Source: Piromyces finnis finn (taxonomy: Eukaryota > Fungi > Neocallimastigomycota). Taken from it: DNA of 64,000 nucleotides. A program made the translations under genes and the position numbers. The stretch covers positions 62,001 through 126,000 of the forward strand of contig MCFH01000078.1 in NCBI GenBank assembly GCA_002104945.1. Direction: 5' to 3'. This document shows positions 43,101 through 60,514 of the stretch, in pieces. How positions within the stretch are numbered: position 1 is the first letter of the stretch; each line of letters starts with the position of its first letter. A model generated the notes under the pieces. The model had not been told where the DNA came from, ran no database searches, and saw nothing but the letters and a program-made list of their open reading frames with translations.

Positions 43101-45289
43101 TTCTGTTCATATTGTTCATATTATTCATTCCATTTATATTCATTCTGTTCATATTATTCATATTGTTCATATTATTCATATTATTCATTCCGTTCATATT
43201 GTTCATATTGTTTGTATTATTATTCATTCTGTTTATATTATTCATATTATTCATTTTATTTATGTCATTCATGCTGTTGTTTATATTATTCATTCCGTTC
43301 ATGTTATTTATGTTCATGTTATTCATACTTCCACTATTATTATTATTATTATTAATGCTAACATTTGAAGATGATGTATTATTAATTATTGGAATCTCAG
43401 GCATTTTTATTTCTTCATTTGGTAAAATTTTTGATTGTTTTATTTCAGGTGCTTGAGATTCTTTGTTTGTTGGTACTTTATTTATTGTATTTAAAAGTTC
43501 TTCTTCATAATCGCCAAGATCCTCATCATCTCCAACTTCTACCTCAATATCATCAATATTACCGAAATCAATATCAAAATCACCATCCAAACCTAAATTA
43601 GCACCATTAACTTTCATTTTTCCATTTATTTTGGTTTCATCAATTTCTCCTTCTCCTTCTTCTTCTTCTTCTTCTTCTTCTTCTTCTTCCTCTTGTTGTT
43701 GTGATTGTTGTTGATTTCCTTCCTTTTTATTCACTGCTTGTGATTGTTGGATTTTTTGTGGTTTTTTTATTTCTTCTTCTTCATCTACGTACATTTCAAG
43801 TTCATCCAATGCACTTTGTTCTGTACCACTCTTACCAGCAAGGGCTTGTTTTTTCTTTTCACGACCTAATTGTGTAAATCTTTCCTTTAATGCTTTCATA
43901 TTATCCATAGCTTTTTTAGCACCTTCAATATCTCTTTGTTTTAATTTTGCATTGGCTAATTTTTGTTCCTCTTCAATATATTTTTCTAATTGTGGTAAAT
44001 TCTGACATTTCATTTTTTCTTCAAATGATACACCATTACTACTATTACTTTGAGAAGGTGCTGCTGATTGTAATCTTTGAGGTTTTGGGGGTTGTGGCAT
44101 TGGTTTATTTGCTGGTGCCATTTTAACTGGAGATTTTGTTCCGACATTAATGCCCATACTTTGTAATAATTCATTACTTTCATCATCTCCAACCGGTGTG
44201 TCATCATTATATATGCTATTAATATTTGTAATTTTATTAATATCTGTAATTGGACCTTTACAATTTGCATTTTTAAGTTGAACTGGTGAAATTTTTTTTT
44301 GTTGGAAATTGGTTTGTACTTCCTTTGGATTAATTATTTCGTCTTCTTCTACATCATTAGCCGAAATAAGACCTTTTAATTCATCAATATCATCTACTCC
44401 AACATTAGATGAAGCATTTAATATATTATTTCCTTTTCCATCAGTAATTAAATTTAATTCTTTCTATATATTATTAAATAAAGTATGATATATTTTTATT
44501 TATTATAAAATTTATTATATAATAAATAAATATTCAAAAAAAAAAAAAAAAAAAAAAATTAATATATTATTTTATTAAATTTAAAACATAAATAATTAAT
44601 ATTTATTAATGATATTTTATAATTATAAATGACAAAAAAAAAAAATTACTAATAATTCTGGGTCATTTAAATCACTATCATCTGCATCCAAATTATCAAT
44701 GTCTTCAAGGTTTATATTATTTTTCATATTTCCAATATTCATACTTTTATTTATTGAATTATCAAGAGTATTTAATAACTGTTTTTCATCCATTTCAAAA
44801 TTTGTTAAACTTTGAAGTTCTTCTTCCAAAGTCATATTTTTTTTCTGAGGTGAAGCTGATGCACCAACTTCTTTCATTAACATTTGATATTCACGCTATA
44901 ATAATAAACAGAAAAAAATATTAAAAATATTAAAACAAAATATATATATATATAATTGTCATTAGCATTTATAAAAAAAAAGGAAATCAATCAATCAATC
45001 AATAAAGAATATATATATATATCAACTTTAATAATTTTCTTATTATTGACTTTTTTTTTTTTTTTTTTTAATATGTCTCTTATAATTTTATATTTTTTAA
45101 AATATTTACTAAATAGTAATTACGAAACTATTATTTATTATATATTAAATTTCAGGACATAATATTAAAGTAATTATCACTTACAAGTAAATCTTTATCT
45201 TTTAAATCAGCATCTGTTAAACCAAAATTACTCATTTGGTCAATGCTAAATTGAGGTTCTTTAGTCTTCTTCTTATTTCTTCCAAACAT
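39808..45289 (-). CDS. CC2D1A/B (Lgd)-like protein: DM14-type repeats, C2 domain, helical C-terminus, Met/Asn repeat
   Basis: DM14-like LQERENEYKTNAVIYNRQGKKNEAFNCLNTFKSIKAAIDLV...EIPP. C2 domain MLIEIVKATGL...FERKRLVFEIFHDRGF-type strand pattern...IGKAYIKIDQL...GKLDVNIKLHMPL...SEKW. C-terminal DLAKKALLRMKIMQKEL. All junctions GT-AG and in phase. Confidence 0.8.
40056..40153. repeat. Intronic (AAT)n microsatellite
   Basis: Direct reading. Confidence 0.95.
42690..43335 (-). repeat. Coding repeat built on ATGAAT(AAT) units encoding an (MNN)n Met/Asn-rich domain
   Basis: ORF 41608-44157 reads NNMNGMNNMNNMNNMNRMNMNG... for ~200 aa. Confidence 0.95.
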
Positions 45290-45680
45290 ATTATATTATA
45301 TATTGTTTATATATCTTAATTATTTATTTTATTGTTTTATATAAATATTACTTGATATTATAAATAGTTAACAATTCTTTATATTAATGTCTTTATAATA
45401 ATTAAAAAATTAAAATAAAAAGAAATTTTATTGTGAAAATTATTTTATGTTGTTATTATTATGTATTCATGTAATTTTTGGTATGTTTCGTATTAATATT
45501 TTTCTACTTTTAAAGATTTTTCAATTAATTCTATAAAAAGTAGTATTATATTTATTTTTACTTTATTATATATAATAAAAAAATAATAAAATAATATTTC
45601 CAATTGTAAAAACTGTTTTTTTGTTTGTTTATTTTTATTTTTATTTTTGTTTGTTTGTTTGCTTGCTTGTTTTTAAAGAA

Positions 45681-45714
<34 letters not shown>

Positions 45715-47122
45715 AGAACAAGTTTTTTAATTTTTAATTACTTTTTTATTTGATTTATTCATAATTTATTCTAATATATTATCATATATATTAATTAATT
45801 TAAAATAAATGAATTTACATTAATAATGGACAAGAAAAAATGAATATTCCATAATGAAAAAATAAAAAAAAAAGAATTAAAAGAATTAAAAGAATTATAA
45901 GAATTATAAGAATTTATAATTATTAAAAATATTGAAACATTTATGAAAAACTTATTCTTCTCTCTCTTCTTTCTTTTCTTTTAAAAAAGAATCAAAGATT
46001 AATATTCAAGACTTTTTTTAAATAATTATTCTTACTTTAAATTAATTTGAAGTTTTTTAAATGGAAATTCTTTAATTTCTAACATTAATTGATTATTTTT
46101 GGTTAAAAAAAGGTATAAAGTTAAAAAAAAAATACATATATATTTTATATAGTATTTATTATTTTAATAAAAATGCTTATCTCTTACTATAATAATGAAT
46201 CTTAAAAAAAGAAAAGGTTGTTTTTATAATAGGCATTATCTTTTCTTTAAATACTTTTTTTTTTTAAAAAAAAAAAGTCACATACATCTTTCAATGTAAA
46301 CTTAACCACAATTTTTATTATTAAATAAATGAATTTAAAAATGTATGCATACGCCATATTAAATTTAAATAACAAAATATATGACATGTTAAAAGTATAA
46401 ATATTTGTTGATATTTCAATACAAGCCATATCTTAATTTTTTAATTTAATTTATTAAATTGAATTAAAGTTTAATAGTTATTTTTAAATTTTATAAGCCA
46501 CATATAAAATTTACTATAAAAAGTATATTCATTTTTAACTAAAAATTTATTTATTACATAAAAATTAAAATAAATTAATCATTTTTTAAATTGTAGATTA
46601 AGTATATTTATATTAAAAAAAAAAGTTTATATTTATATATAAAGGCAAGGTTTTCTCCAAACACCACCCATAGTAGAAAAAAAAAAAAAAAAAAAAAAAT
46701 TAACATTTTTTAATTTATAATCTTAAATGTAAAATAGAATTGGCTTTATTGAGGAAATAAAAGGTTTAAAATTAAAAACGTTAATAAATATCAACAATAA
46801 CAATATCAACAGTAATAGGAGCAATAATAAATATTTTGATAATATTTGTTTTCTATAGCATAACGTTGAAATTTACATAATAATATAGTTTTTAGTCATT
46901 GAATCATTCAACAAAATTTAAAATATATTTGTTTACATATATATATATATCCATAAACAATAATAATTAAATAATTGTTTATTAGATAAGACAGTTTTCA
47001 ATTAGCAAAAAGAAAAAAAAATACATTATAAAAAATCTTTCAAGTATTTATTTTATTTAGTATTAATATTCTTTTATAAAAAAAAAAAAAATAAAAGTAA
47101 AAATAAAAGTAAAATAGTTGAC

Positions 47123-49057
47123 ATGAATAAACAAAATTTATTCCTATGTATACTCTCTCATGGTGTAAACAGTTCAAAATATGATTTAGAATTATTAGAA
47201 TCAAAAATTGAAAAATTATTTAATTCGGCCTTTGGTACTGATAATAAAGAAGAAAAGAAAAAAGGTAACAAAGACAAAAAACATAATAATCTTTCACCAC
47301 ATAATAGTTTTAGAAATTTACTTTATAGTCACAAGCGTAAAAATTCTAATAATCATCATAAAAGTCATTCACATAAAAATAGTACAAGTTCACTTAACAA
47401 CCCTACAAAAAATCAATTTAATTCTACTATAGATAATAATATTTATATTATAAATTCCAATAGTAATTCCTATATTAAATCTCATTATAGTATAGAAATT
47501 TTAGCAAAAAATCTATTAAATGAAGTTAAACAAAATTTAGAAAATGAAATTTTCCCAGCTTTTGAAAAAAAAATAATTTCAAAATATACCAAAAAGGAAG
47601 ATAAAAATACCCAAAATAAAGAAATACACAATGAAAACAACAACAAAGAAAATTCAAATGAAATTAAAAAAATAAAATATAGTGAAAAAGAAAAAAAAAT
47701 ATTATTTGAAGACTGTCAATGTAACTTGTATATCTCAGTATTAGGTCATTCCTTAGGTGGTTTAATAATGCGATATTTTATAAAATTATTATATGATTCA
47801 AATAATAATATTAACGGTACCAGCAATTCTAGTAGTAATTCTATAGAAAATGTTAATGATGAAATATGTAATTCTTTAACGTTTATAGATGGCCTAAAAC
47901 AAAAATATCCATATATTAAAAATATTATACCATGTTCGTATATTAGTGTTGCCTCTCCTCACTTAGGCTCATGTATTCCTAGCATACAGACAAATACATA
48001 TTTAAAATCAAAAATTACAAACGGATTTCAATCACTTGTATTTTCAACTCTTTTAGGAGACTCAGGAAGAGAATTAAATATCTCTAAAAATTCACTTTTA
48101 GGTAATATTCTCTGGAGAAATAACAATAATAATGACGTTTCAAATAGTAAATCATTATTAACATCAGAAAATAATTCAAAAGATGATCGTAAATTAAATT
48201 TCTTTAGTCATCATGGTCGTACTGGTAGTCATTTAGGCTTAAGATTGCTTCTACGGAAGGATAACAACAGCAATTCTTCTTCAACAGAATCGCTTAATAA
48301 GGAGAATGAAAAAAATGTTAACAATACTGAAATAGACCAAAATTTTGATGATTTTAAAGGTATCGAAAGTCTAAATAATTCAGAGTTTTTAGATAAATTG
48401 GAAAATTTCCCATGTCGTACCTTAATTGGTTGTCTTAGAAATGACTGCTTTGTAAGATATGTTTCAGCATTAGCAACAGTTATTGATCCTAATAAAGCAT
48501 TGAAAGAAGAAGAAAAACTTATATCTGACTATAAAGAAGATGTTAAATTAATTTCATATTCGGGTTTTGAAGAAGAGGGAAATGATGAAATGAATGCATT
48601 TTATCAAAAACGTCTCTTTGAACCAAAATATCCATTAAATATTGTTGATAAAACAACTGAAAAAATAGAGAATCCAGATATAGCTGGAGAAATAAAACGA
48701 ATGATTAATGAACTTAATGAAGAATCAGATAATAATAGAAACAAAAAACCACTAATTAATTATAATAATATTGATGATGATGTTTTCTATGTTGACAAAG
48801 AAAATAACAATCAATATAGTTTAAAATTAGCAAAAGCTATCAATACTTTAAGCTTTAGACGTCTATCGATTGATTTCCAAACATCTAATTATATATTACA
48901 ACTTATGACACATGGTCTTATCATAGGTAAAAATTTACCTTGTGATAGTCGAACAAAAGAATTAATGAATAAAATGGTTAATTACATAGCAACTTTAGTG
49001 ATTGTAGATTATTTATGGATATCAAAGCAAACTAGTATTTCAATAAATAACTATTAA
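47123..49057 (+). CDS. Intronless alpha/beta-hydrolase, DUF676 putative lipase (Rog1/Lpl1-like)
   Basis: LCILSHGVNS; nucleophile elbow VLGHSLGGLIMRY; YISVASPHLGS; RNDCFVRYVSA; MTHGLII (candidate Ser-Asp-His triad); Asn/Lys-rich insertions. Confidence 0.85.
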   Translation: MNKQNLFLCILSHGVNSSKYDLELLESKIEKLFNSAFGTDNKEEKKKGNKDKKHNNLSPHNSFRNLLYSHKRKNSNNHHKSHSHKNSTSSLNNPTKNQFNSTIDNNIYIINSNSNSYIKSHYSIEILAKNLLNEVKQNLENEIFPAFEKKIISKYTKKEDKNTQNKEIHNENNNKENSNEIKKIKYSEKEKKILFEDCQCNLYISVLGHSLGGLIMRYFIKLLYDSNNNINGTSNSSSNSIENVNDEICNSLTFIDGLKQKYPYIKNIIPCSYISVASPHLGSCIPSIQTNTYLKSKITNGFQSLVFSTLLGDSGRELNISKNSLLGNILWRNNNNNDVSNSKSLLTSENNSKDDRKLNFFSHHGRTGSHLGLRLLLRKDNNSNSSSTESLNKENEKNVNNTEIDQNFDDFKGIESLNNSEFLDKLENFPCRTLIGCLRNDCFVRYVSALATVIDPNKALKEEEKLISDYKEDVKLISYSGFEEEGNDEMNAFYQKRLFEPKYPLNIVDKTTEKIENPDIAGEIKRMINELNEESDNNRNKKPLINYNNIDDDVFYVDKENNNQYSLKLAKAINTLSFRRLSIDFQTSNYILQLMTHGLIIGKNLPCDSRTKELMNKMVNYIATLVIVDYLWISKQTSISINNY

Positions 49058-49377
49058 TTCACTTTTTACTTTTGATAGAAAATAGCGTTAAAATAAAATT
49101 TAAAAAAAAAAAAAAGATGTAAAACAAATTAATGATTAAGTTCAAAAAAAAAATGGTTCGTATTATTAAGTATAATAAGAAATTAGAATAGTTCGTACTT
49201 TACTAATCTAATATTATATATAGCATTATTTAATGTAACATGATATGAACGAATGTATAGAATAGAAAATGATTATAAAAATCGATATAAATAAAATGAT
49301 ATTAAATAAAAATGGTATTAAATAAAATATTTTTTAATATTAAAAATTTCACTTTTTTTTTTTTCTTTCACATAGCT

Positions 49378-49379
49378 GT

Positions 49380-49418
<39 letters not shown>

Positions 49419-49435
49419 TCTATTTACTTATATAT

Positions 49436-49482
<47 letters not shown>

Positions 49483-49487
49483 CTTAC

Positions 49488-49522
<35 letters not shown>

Positions 49523-49679
49523 TTTGTTTATTTATTTATTAATCTATTTGTTTATTTATTTATCTATTTATTTATTTATTTATCTATTTACTTATATACT
49601 TATTTATTTATTTATTTATTTATCTATTTATTTATTTATTTATCTATTTACTTATATATTTATTTATTTATTTATCTAT

Positions 49680-49754
<75 letters not shown>

Positions 49755-49755
49755 T
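49378..49755. repeat. (TATT)n tetranucleotide microsatellite
   Basis: Direct reading; source of the LFIY ORFs. Confidence 0.95.
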
Positions 49756-50241
49756 AATTAGAGTAGCACAAATAACTTTTTTAAAATCATTTTAAAAAGA
49801 AAAATATCAAATTTTAAATAAATAGTTAAACACCACAATAATATTAATAATAGAAATCTTATTTACCCATAGTCTATATATAATAGCAAATATTTAAAGT
49901 TATTCTATTTATTAATGTTATTGTTATATTAACAAAAAAATAAGAAAAAAAATATATAAAAAAGCATAATAATAGTAGTAGTAGCAACAATAAAAGTTTA
50001 AAAATTAATATAATTAAAACTTTAGGTAAATTTTATTAGATTGAACAACCATATTTTAATATTAAAATGTAATACATATGTAGAATGAAGACCATTATTA
50101 TTGAAAAACATTTTAATAAATCAATATAACTATCTTATAAATACTAATTTTTTTTTTTTTATTCATTATTGTTATAATTTAATGGTATTATTTATTTTAA
50201 AATATATATTATATTATATTCCAGTAAATAAAAAAAAAAAA

Positions 50242-54737
<4,496 letters not shown>

Positions 54738-54958
54738 GTATTAGAAAGGAAGAGGAGAGGAAAGGATAAAAATGAACAAGAAATTATTAAATCATATATA
54801 TAAATTTAGAAAAAAAGAAAAGTAAAAAAAAAAAAAAAAAAAAAAAATAGAGAATTATTTAAGTGATGCTATATTATTTCAATAATATATCATTATTATT
54901 ATTATCATGTATTCATGTATTTTAAAATAAATATATAAAAAGCAATTAACCTAAGTAA

Positions 54959-54959
<1 letters not shown>

Positions 54960-55014
<55 letters not shown>

Positions 55015-55042
55015 TAATAATAATAATAATAATAATAATAAT
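54960..55042. repeat. (AAT)n microsatellite
   Basis: Direct reading. Confidence 0.9.
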
Positions 55043-55842
55043 TGTTTCAAAAAAATAAATAAATAAATAAATATAATAAAATAAAATAAAAAAAAATGGG
55101 AGAAAAGAAAATAAAGAAAAAAGACTTTTATGATGTCTTTTCATTATTTAATTATCAAAATATATTAAAATAATGTATTTTATTTTTAAAATACTTTTAT
55201 AATGAAAACAAAGAATACTGATCTGCATAAAATGAGAAATGCATTATATAAATAGGAATGTAAAGTAGGTATAGTTTTAAAATTGATGCCAATAATATAA
55301 TAGAATAGTTTGAAATTTAATGAAGAAATTTATTATCATACAGGGACAATTATTTATTTTATTGTAAATTACTATTACTATTATTAATATAATATTGAAA
55401 AAAAAATATATATATATATGCATAATTATTCTATTTATTTCTTTATTTATCACCATTGCATTATAAAAAAATAAAGGTAATATAAAAGTGTGGTAAGTGA
55501 AAAAAAAAAAAAAATTATTTTTTTCTTTAAACTTTTAAATAAAAAAAACATGTTACATTTAAATTTAATTTAAAATTTCTAAATTTTAATTTTATTGGTT
55601 TCCATGCAAATTATACTTTAATTATGGATAATTCCTTTTTTAAAACCAAATTAAAAAGGTATAATTAATATAAAATAAGAGAAAAGGTATAAAAATATTT
55701 TATTCTAATTTTTCATAAAAAGTAATTATCATATATTCTTTTATTCAACAATAAAAAATATAAAAAAGAAGAAAAAATAACTAAAATAGAGTATACTTTT
55801 AAAAAATAAAAAGAAAATAAATAAAAAAAAAAATTATTCAAT

Positions 55843-57510
55843 ATGACCGATTCAAATAAAATATATAGCCACATATACAGTAGTGCTAATTTCCCATTAG
55901 AAGATAATGGCAGAACTGTAATGTCTTATATATAAATCTTTTAAAGTACAACATAATAATTAATATATATCATCATTTTATTTAAAATAAAAATATCAAT
56001 ATATTTATAAATATAATTTTTAAATTCAAAATATTACAAATGTTGAAATCATGTCAATGAAATGACATAAAAATTTTTTCTTATTTTTACTTTTTTTTTT
56101 TTTTTCTTAAAAAAAAAATACCCAATACATTCAAAAAACGACTCTTTAATTTTCGTCCTTATAAAGTATCATGTTAGTACCAAACCAGGAGAAGGTATTG
56201 TAAAAAAAAAAAAAAAGAAAATTTAAATAATTAATATTATATATATTATATATATATTATATATATAACATATTATTCTTAAAACGTTCCCATCAAAAAA
56301 ATATAAATATATATATATATATATATTAAAAAATATAATACCTTATTTAATTACTAATTATGGGTTTAATTTATTTAAATAATGAATATCTTATTCCTTT
56401 TTATAATAATAATTATTATTTAATTCTATTTAAAACTAAAAATTGAAAAAAAAAAAAAAAGTTGCCAATAGAGTTGTTACTGTAGGTGATCATTACAGAG
56501 CCTTTCAAATAGCAGAATTTTTTGATAATGTAACAAAAGAAGATTTAGATGTTCAAGATCCTGGACCTTACGAAATTAAAAAACCTCACCTCTTTATGTA
56601 TATGTCAAAAAGAAAATTTTTAACTATTACTGGTACATATCAAGGTGTTCCAGTTTCTGTAGTTGCTATTTGTATGGTAAATAATTTATATATATAATTT
56701 ATATTAAAAGTGCTCATTGATTATTATGAAAAGAAGAAAAATCAAATTTCTAAATATTTTATTATTATTTTTTTTAATACCGTCATTATAATCAAATAAT
56801 ATATATATATAATTATTACTATTATCATATTTTTTGTTATATATTATTATATGTTGTTTAAATAATTATTAATACCAATAAATTTAAAAAAAAAAAATAA
56901 GGGTTTACCAATGATGGATTTCTTTATAAGAGAAACTAGGCATGTTGTTAAAGGACCTATGGCCATTATTCGTTTTGGTTCTTGTGGTACCATTAAAGAT
57001 ATTGAAACTGGATCTATTGCTGTAGCCACAGGAGCTTTTATGGTTTCTAGAAATTATAACTATTTCATTAATAAGAATGAAGAATCCCCATACCTTATAT
57101 CTGATGCTTGTAGTGGAGATAAAGAACTTCAAGAATTATTATATAAAAATTTAAAGAAAGAATGTAAAAATGAAAATATTAAAATTATAAAAGGCTTAAA
57201 TGGTTCAGCAGGTAAGAATTATTATCAATAGAATTGCTTGTCTGGTTCTTTATTAATTACTCTAAAAAAAAAACTATAAAAATAATAATAGTAATTATTA
57301 TTAATACAATACAAAATAAAAAAAAACAAACTTTAAAAAATCTAATAATTATTGATATATATATATATATATATTTTATTATAATTATTTATTAATTAGA
57401 TTCCTTCTACAGTAGTCAAGGTAAAAAGAAAAATATTATTATTATAGATTTAAAAAAAAAAAATTATGATCCATATATTTTATATATATATATTTAACAA
57501 TTAATAATAA

Positions 57511-57544
<34 letters not shown>

Positions 57545-58156
57545 GCACGTCATGATAACAATTTTATTGATTGTAATGATCAATTATTTGATGATATTAG
57601 AAAGAAACATCCAAATTGTATTACCTTAGAAATGGAAACCTTTGGATTATTCCATTTAGCAAAATGTAGTTCATCAACCTATCATAAAAAGGAAGAAGAA
57701 GAAAAACCAGCATCAAAGAAAGTAAAACTTTCTAACAATAATGAAATTAAAGCAGCAGCTACCACTATGATTTTTGCTAATAGAGTCAAGTAAGTAATAA
57801 TTATAAAAAAAAAAAAAAATTTAAAAATAATATATCTTATAAATCATTAAAAATAAATATAAATAAATATGATTTACTAATAATAACAAATTATTATTAT
57901 CATAATACTATTTTTTTCTTATGATTTAATAAATAGTAATACATTTATATCTACAGAAAAAGTTCCAATTTTACAAGATAAAATGATTAAGAGTATTTTA
58001 GATTCATTAATACAAATTAATTTAGGGGATGAAAAGGTAAAATAATTAAAATAAAATAACAATTTTGAAAAACAATAACCAAATTTAAAATGTTAATTTT
58101 TTTTTTTCTTTCTTTATTATAATAATCACATATATTATCAAATTATTTAAATTTTA

Positions 58157-58189
<33 letters not shown>

Positions 58190-58250
58190 GAATCTTCAAC
58201 CAGTCGAAGGAAGTGTATGGGAAAATATGGTTAAAAATTTCAAAAATTAA
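55843..58250 (+). CDS. Uridine phosphorylase / PNP_UDP_1-family nucleoside phosphorylase, 8 exons including a 21-nt micro-exon
   Basis: YHVSTKPGEVANRVVTVGD; TITGTYQGVPVSVVAICMGLPMMDFFIRE; IIRFGSCG; SADSFYSSQAR; TLEMETFGLFHLA; TMIFANR. Confidence 0.9.
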
Positions 58251-58679
58251 ATTAATGCTTAAATAAGGATGAATATTTAATAATTATTACTATAGAAATA
58301 TAGATATAGGTTCACCTATTTTTTTTTTTATGGTTTATTTAAAAATTAAAATAGTTTTAAAAATAAATATATATCAGCTATAAAAAATAATAAATAATTA
58401 ATTAAAATTAAAATAAAAGTAATGAAATGCATTTCAATTTTTCAATCTCTATAGAAAACTTTTGAAATATAACAATTTCTTTTTATTTTTTCAATCTCTC
58501 CATATATATTCATATTTTTTTATTTTATTTTATCTCGTTTAATCTTAAAAAAACTATATAGAAGAAAAAAAAAAAAAAAAAAAAAAAAGCTTAATGAAAA
58601 AAAAAATTGAAAATAAAAAATAAAAAAAGAAAATTTATCATTTTTTTTTTTTTAATAATCATGACAACATTGATATATA

Positions 58680-59234
58680 CTATATAACTTTATAATTTGA
58701 TGTTGTTCCCGAATTAAAATTAAAATTAATATTATAAATGATATTAATGGTTTTAGGAGAGGAGGAGGAAGAGGAAGAAGAGGATGGTTCAGGTTTTATT
58801 TTTTCTGTAGGTTTTGCCATTAATTTAATTTGAATGGCTTCCAGTCTAAGATGGCTATTCGGAATTCCAGCAATTTGATTATTTTTTACCCAATCGGTCC
58901 ATCCAATATTTTCAATATGAACCTTATAATAAATATCGTAATAATGGGTAATCTCACCAACCAACTTAATACCGATAGCCTCAGTTCTTCTTGATTGACC
59001 TTTTGTTCCAATCCATTGACCATCAGAACTTTCCATCCATCCAACACCTGTAGCAAAAATTTTATATTCAATAGAGCTTCCTGGAAAAGTTTCTTTTAAT
59101 CTATCAATTTTTATATAGATTGCTTCTAATCTTCTACTTTGACCTGTGGTTCCAGCGATTTCACCATCTTGTTTTAATGGTAAATCACCGTAACCTTGAA
59201 CATGAACTCCATAGCATACATGAAGATTCGACAT
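58680..59234 (-). CDS. Intronless ChW-repeat (clostridial hydrophobic W) protein, three repeats
   Basis: YGVHVQGYGD...GEIAGTTGQSRRLEAIYI; IEYKIFATGVGW...GQWIGTKGQSRRTEAIGI; IYYKVHIENIGW...NQIAGIPNSHLRLEAIQI. Start context AAAATG. Confidence 0.9.
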   Translation of the reverse strand: MSNLHVCYGVHVQGYGDLPLKQDGEIAGTTGQSRRLEAIYIKIDRLKETFPGSSIEYKIFATGVGWMESSDGQWIGTKGQSRRTEAIGIKLVGEITHYYDIYYKVHIENIGWTDWVKNNQIAGIPNSHLRLEAIQIKLMAKPTEKIKPEPSSSSSSSSSPKTINIIYNINFNFNSGTTSNYKVI

Positions 59235-60219
59235 TTTACGTTTTAATAATACTAATAATTATAATTACTTAAAATATATTTTATATAAATATATATATGG
59301 TGAAATATCAATTAATGTATTGTAATTTATGTTTAGGTATATTAAAAAAAAAAAAATTCCCTTTTTTTTTCATTTTATAGCTTATTATTATTGTAAATGG
59401 AGTCTTTAAATTTGGACTTTTTAAAAAAAAATAATAATAATAATTTATTTATTAGATAATTGGACATATAAAGAAAGAAAAAAAAAAAAAGAGGATTGTC
59501 TTTTAAAGAATTAATTAATCCATGTATCTTTTTTTTTTTTTTTTTTTTTTTTTATAATAAATGGACACAAAATAAGACAAAAAAAAATAAAAAGAAAAAA
59601 AAAAGGTTTATAAATATTATATGAAAGAATTGATTCATTCATCGCTTTAGATTACAACAATTAAAAATACATGAATACCTTTATAGATATTATAATTTAT
59701 TATCATATATTATTTTTGATAGATATAGTTTTTAAATTTTTTTTTTTTTAATATTTGTTAATGAAAAATAAAACTAGAAATACGATCAAAAATAATTATT
59801 AATAAAAACAGATGTATATAAATAATACCATTTAGAAATATAAAAGAGAAAAAAATAAAAGTATTACCTATCTTTTTTTTTTTTTAATTTTTCAAAATAA
59901 AATAAAATAAAAAAAAAAATAAATAAATTGATAGAGTTAATAATAAAATATTATATTATTAATCATTCTCTTTTTTTTTTTTTTTAAAGTTGTTTTTTTT
60001 TTCATTAAAATTTAAAAAAATAAAATATTGGTATGGTTTTGTTTATTATTAGTAGTAGTAGTAGTAGTAGTAGTAGAAAATAAGAATTAATGAAGGTGTG
60101 ATGGTAATGGTGGTAAAGTAACATTTGAATTTTTTTTCTAAATACTCTAAACCTCTTTTTGTTTTTTTCTATTTCTTTGTTTTCTTCTATTCTATTGATC
60201 CTTTTTTTTTTTTTTATTA

Positions 60220-60225
60220 TTATTA

Positions 60226-60298
<73 letters not shown>

Positions 60299-60299
60299 G

Positions 60300-60352
<53 letters not shown>

Positions 60353-60353
60353 G

Positions 60354-60438
<85 letters not shown>

Positions 60439-60449
60439 GTATTAGTATT

Positions 60450-60510
<61 letters not shown>
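60220..60510. repeat. (TAT)n microsatellite with interruptions
   Basis: Direct reading. Confidence 0.95.
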
Positions 60511-60514
<4 letters not shown>

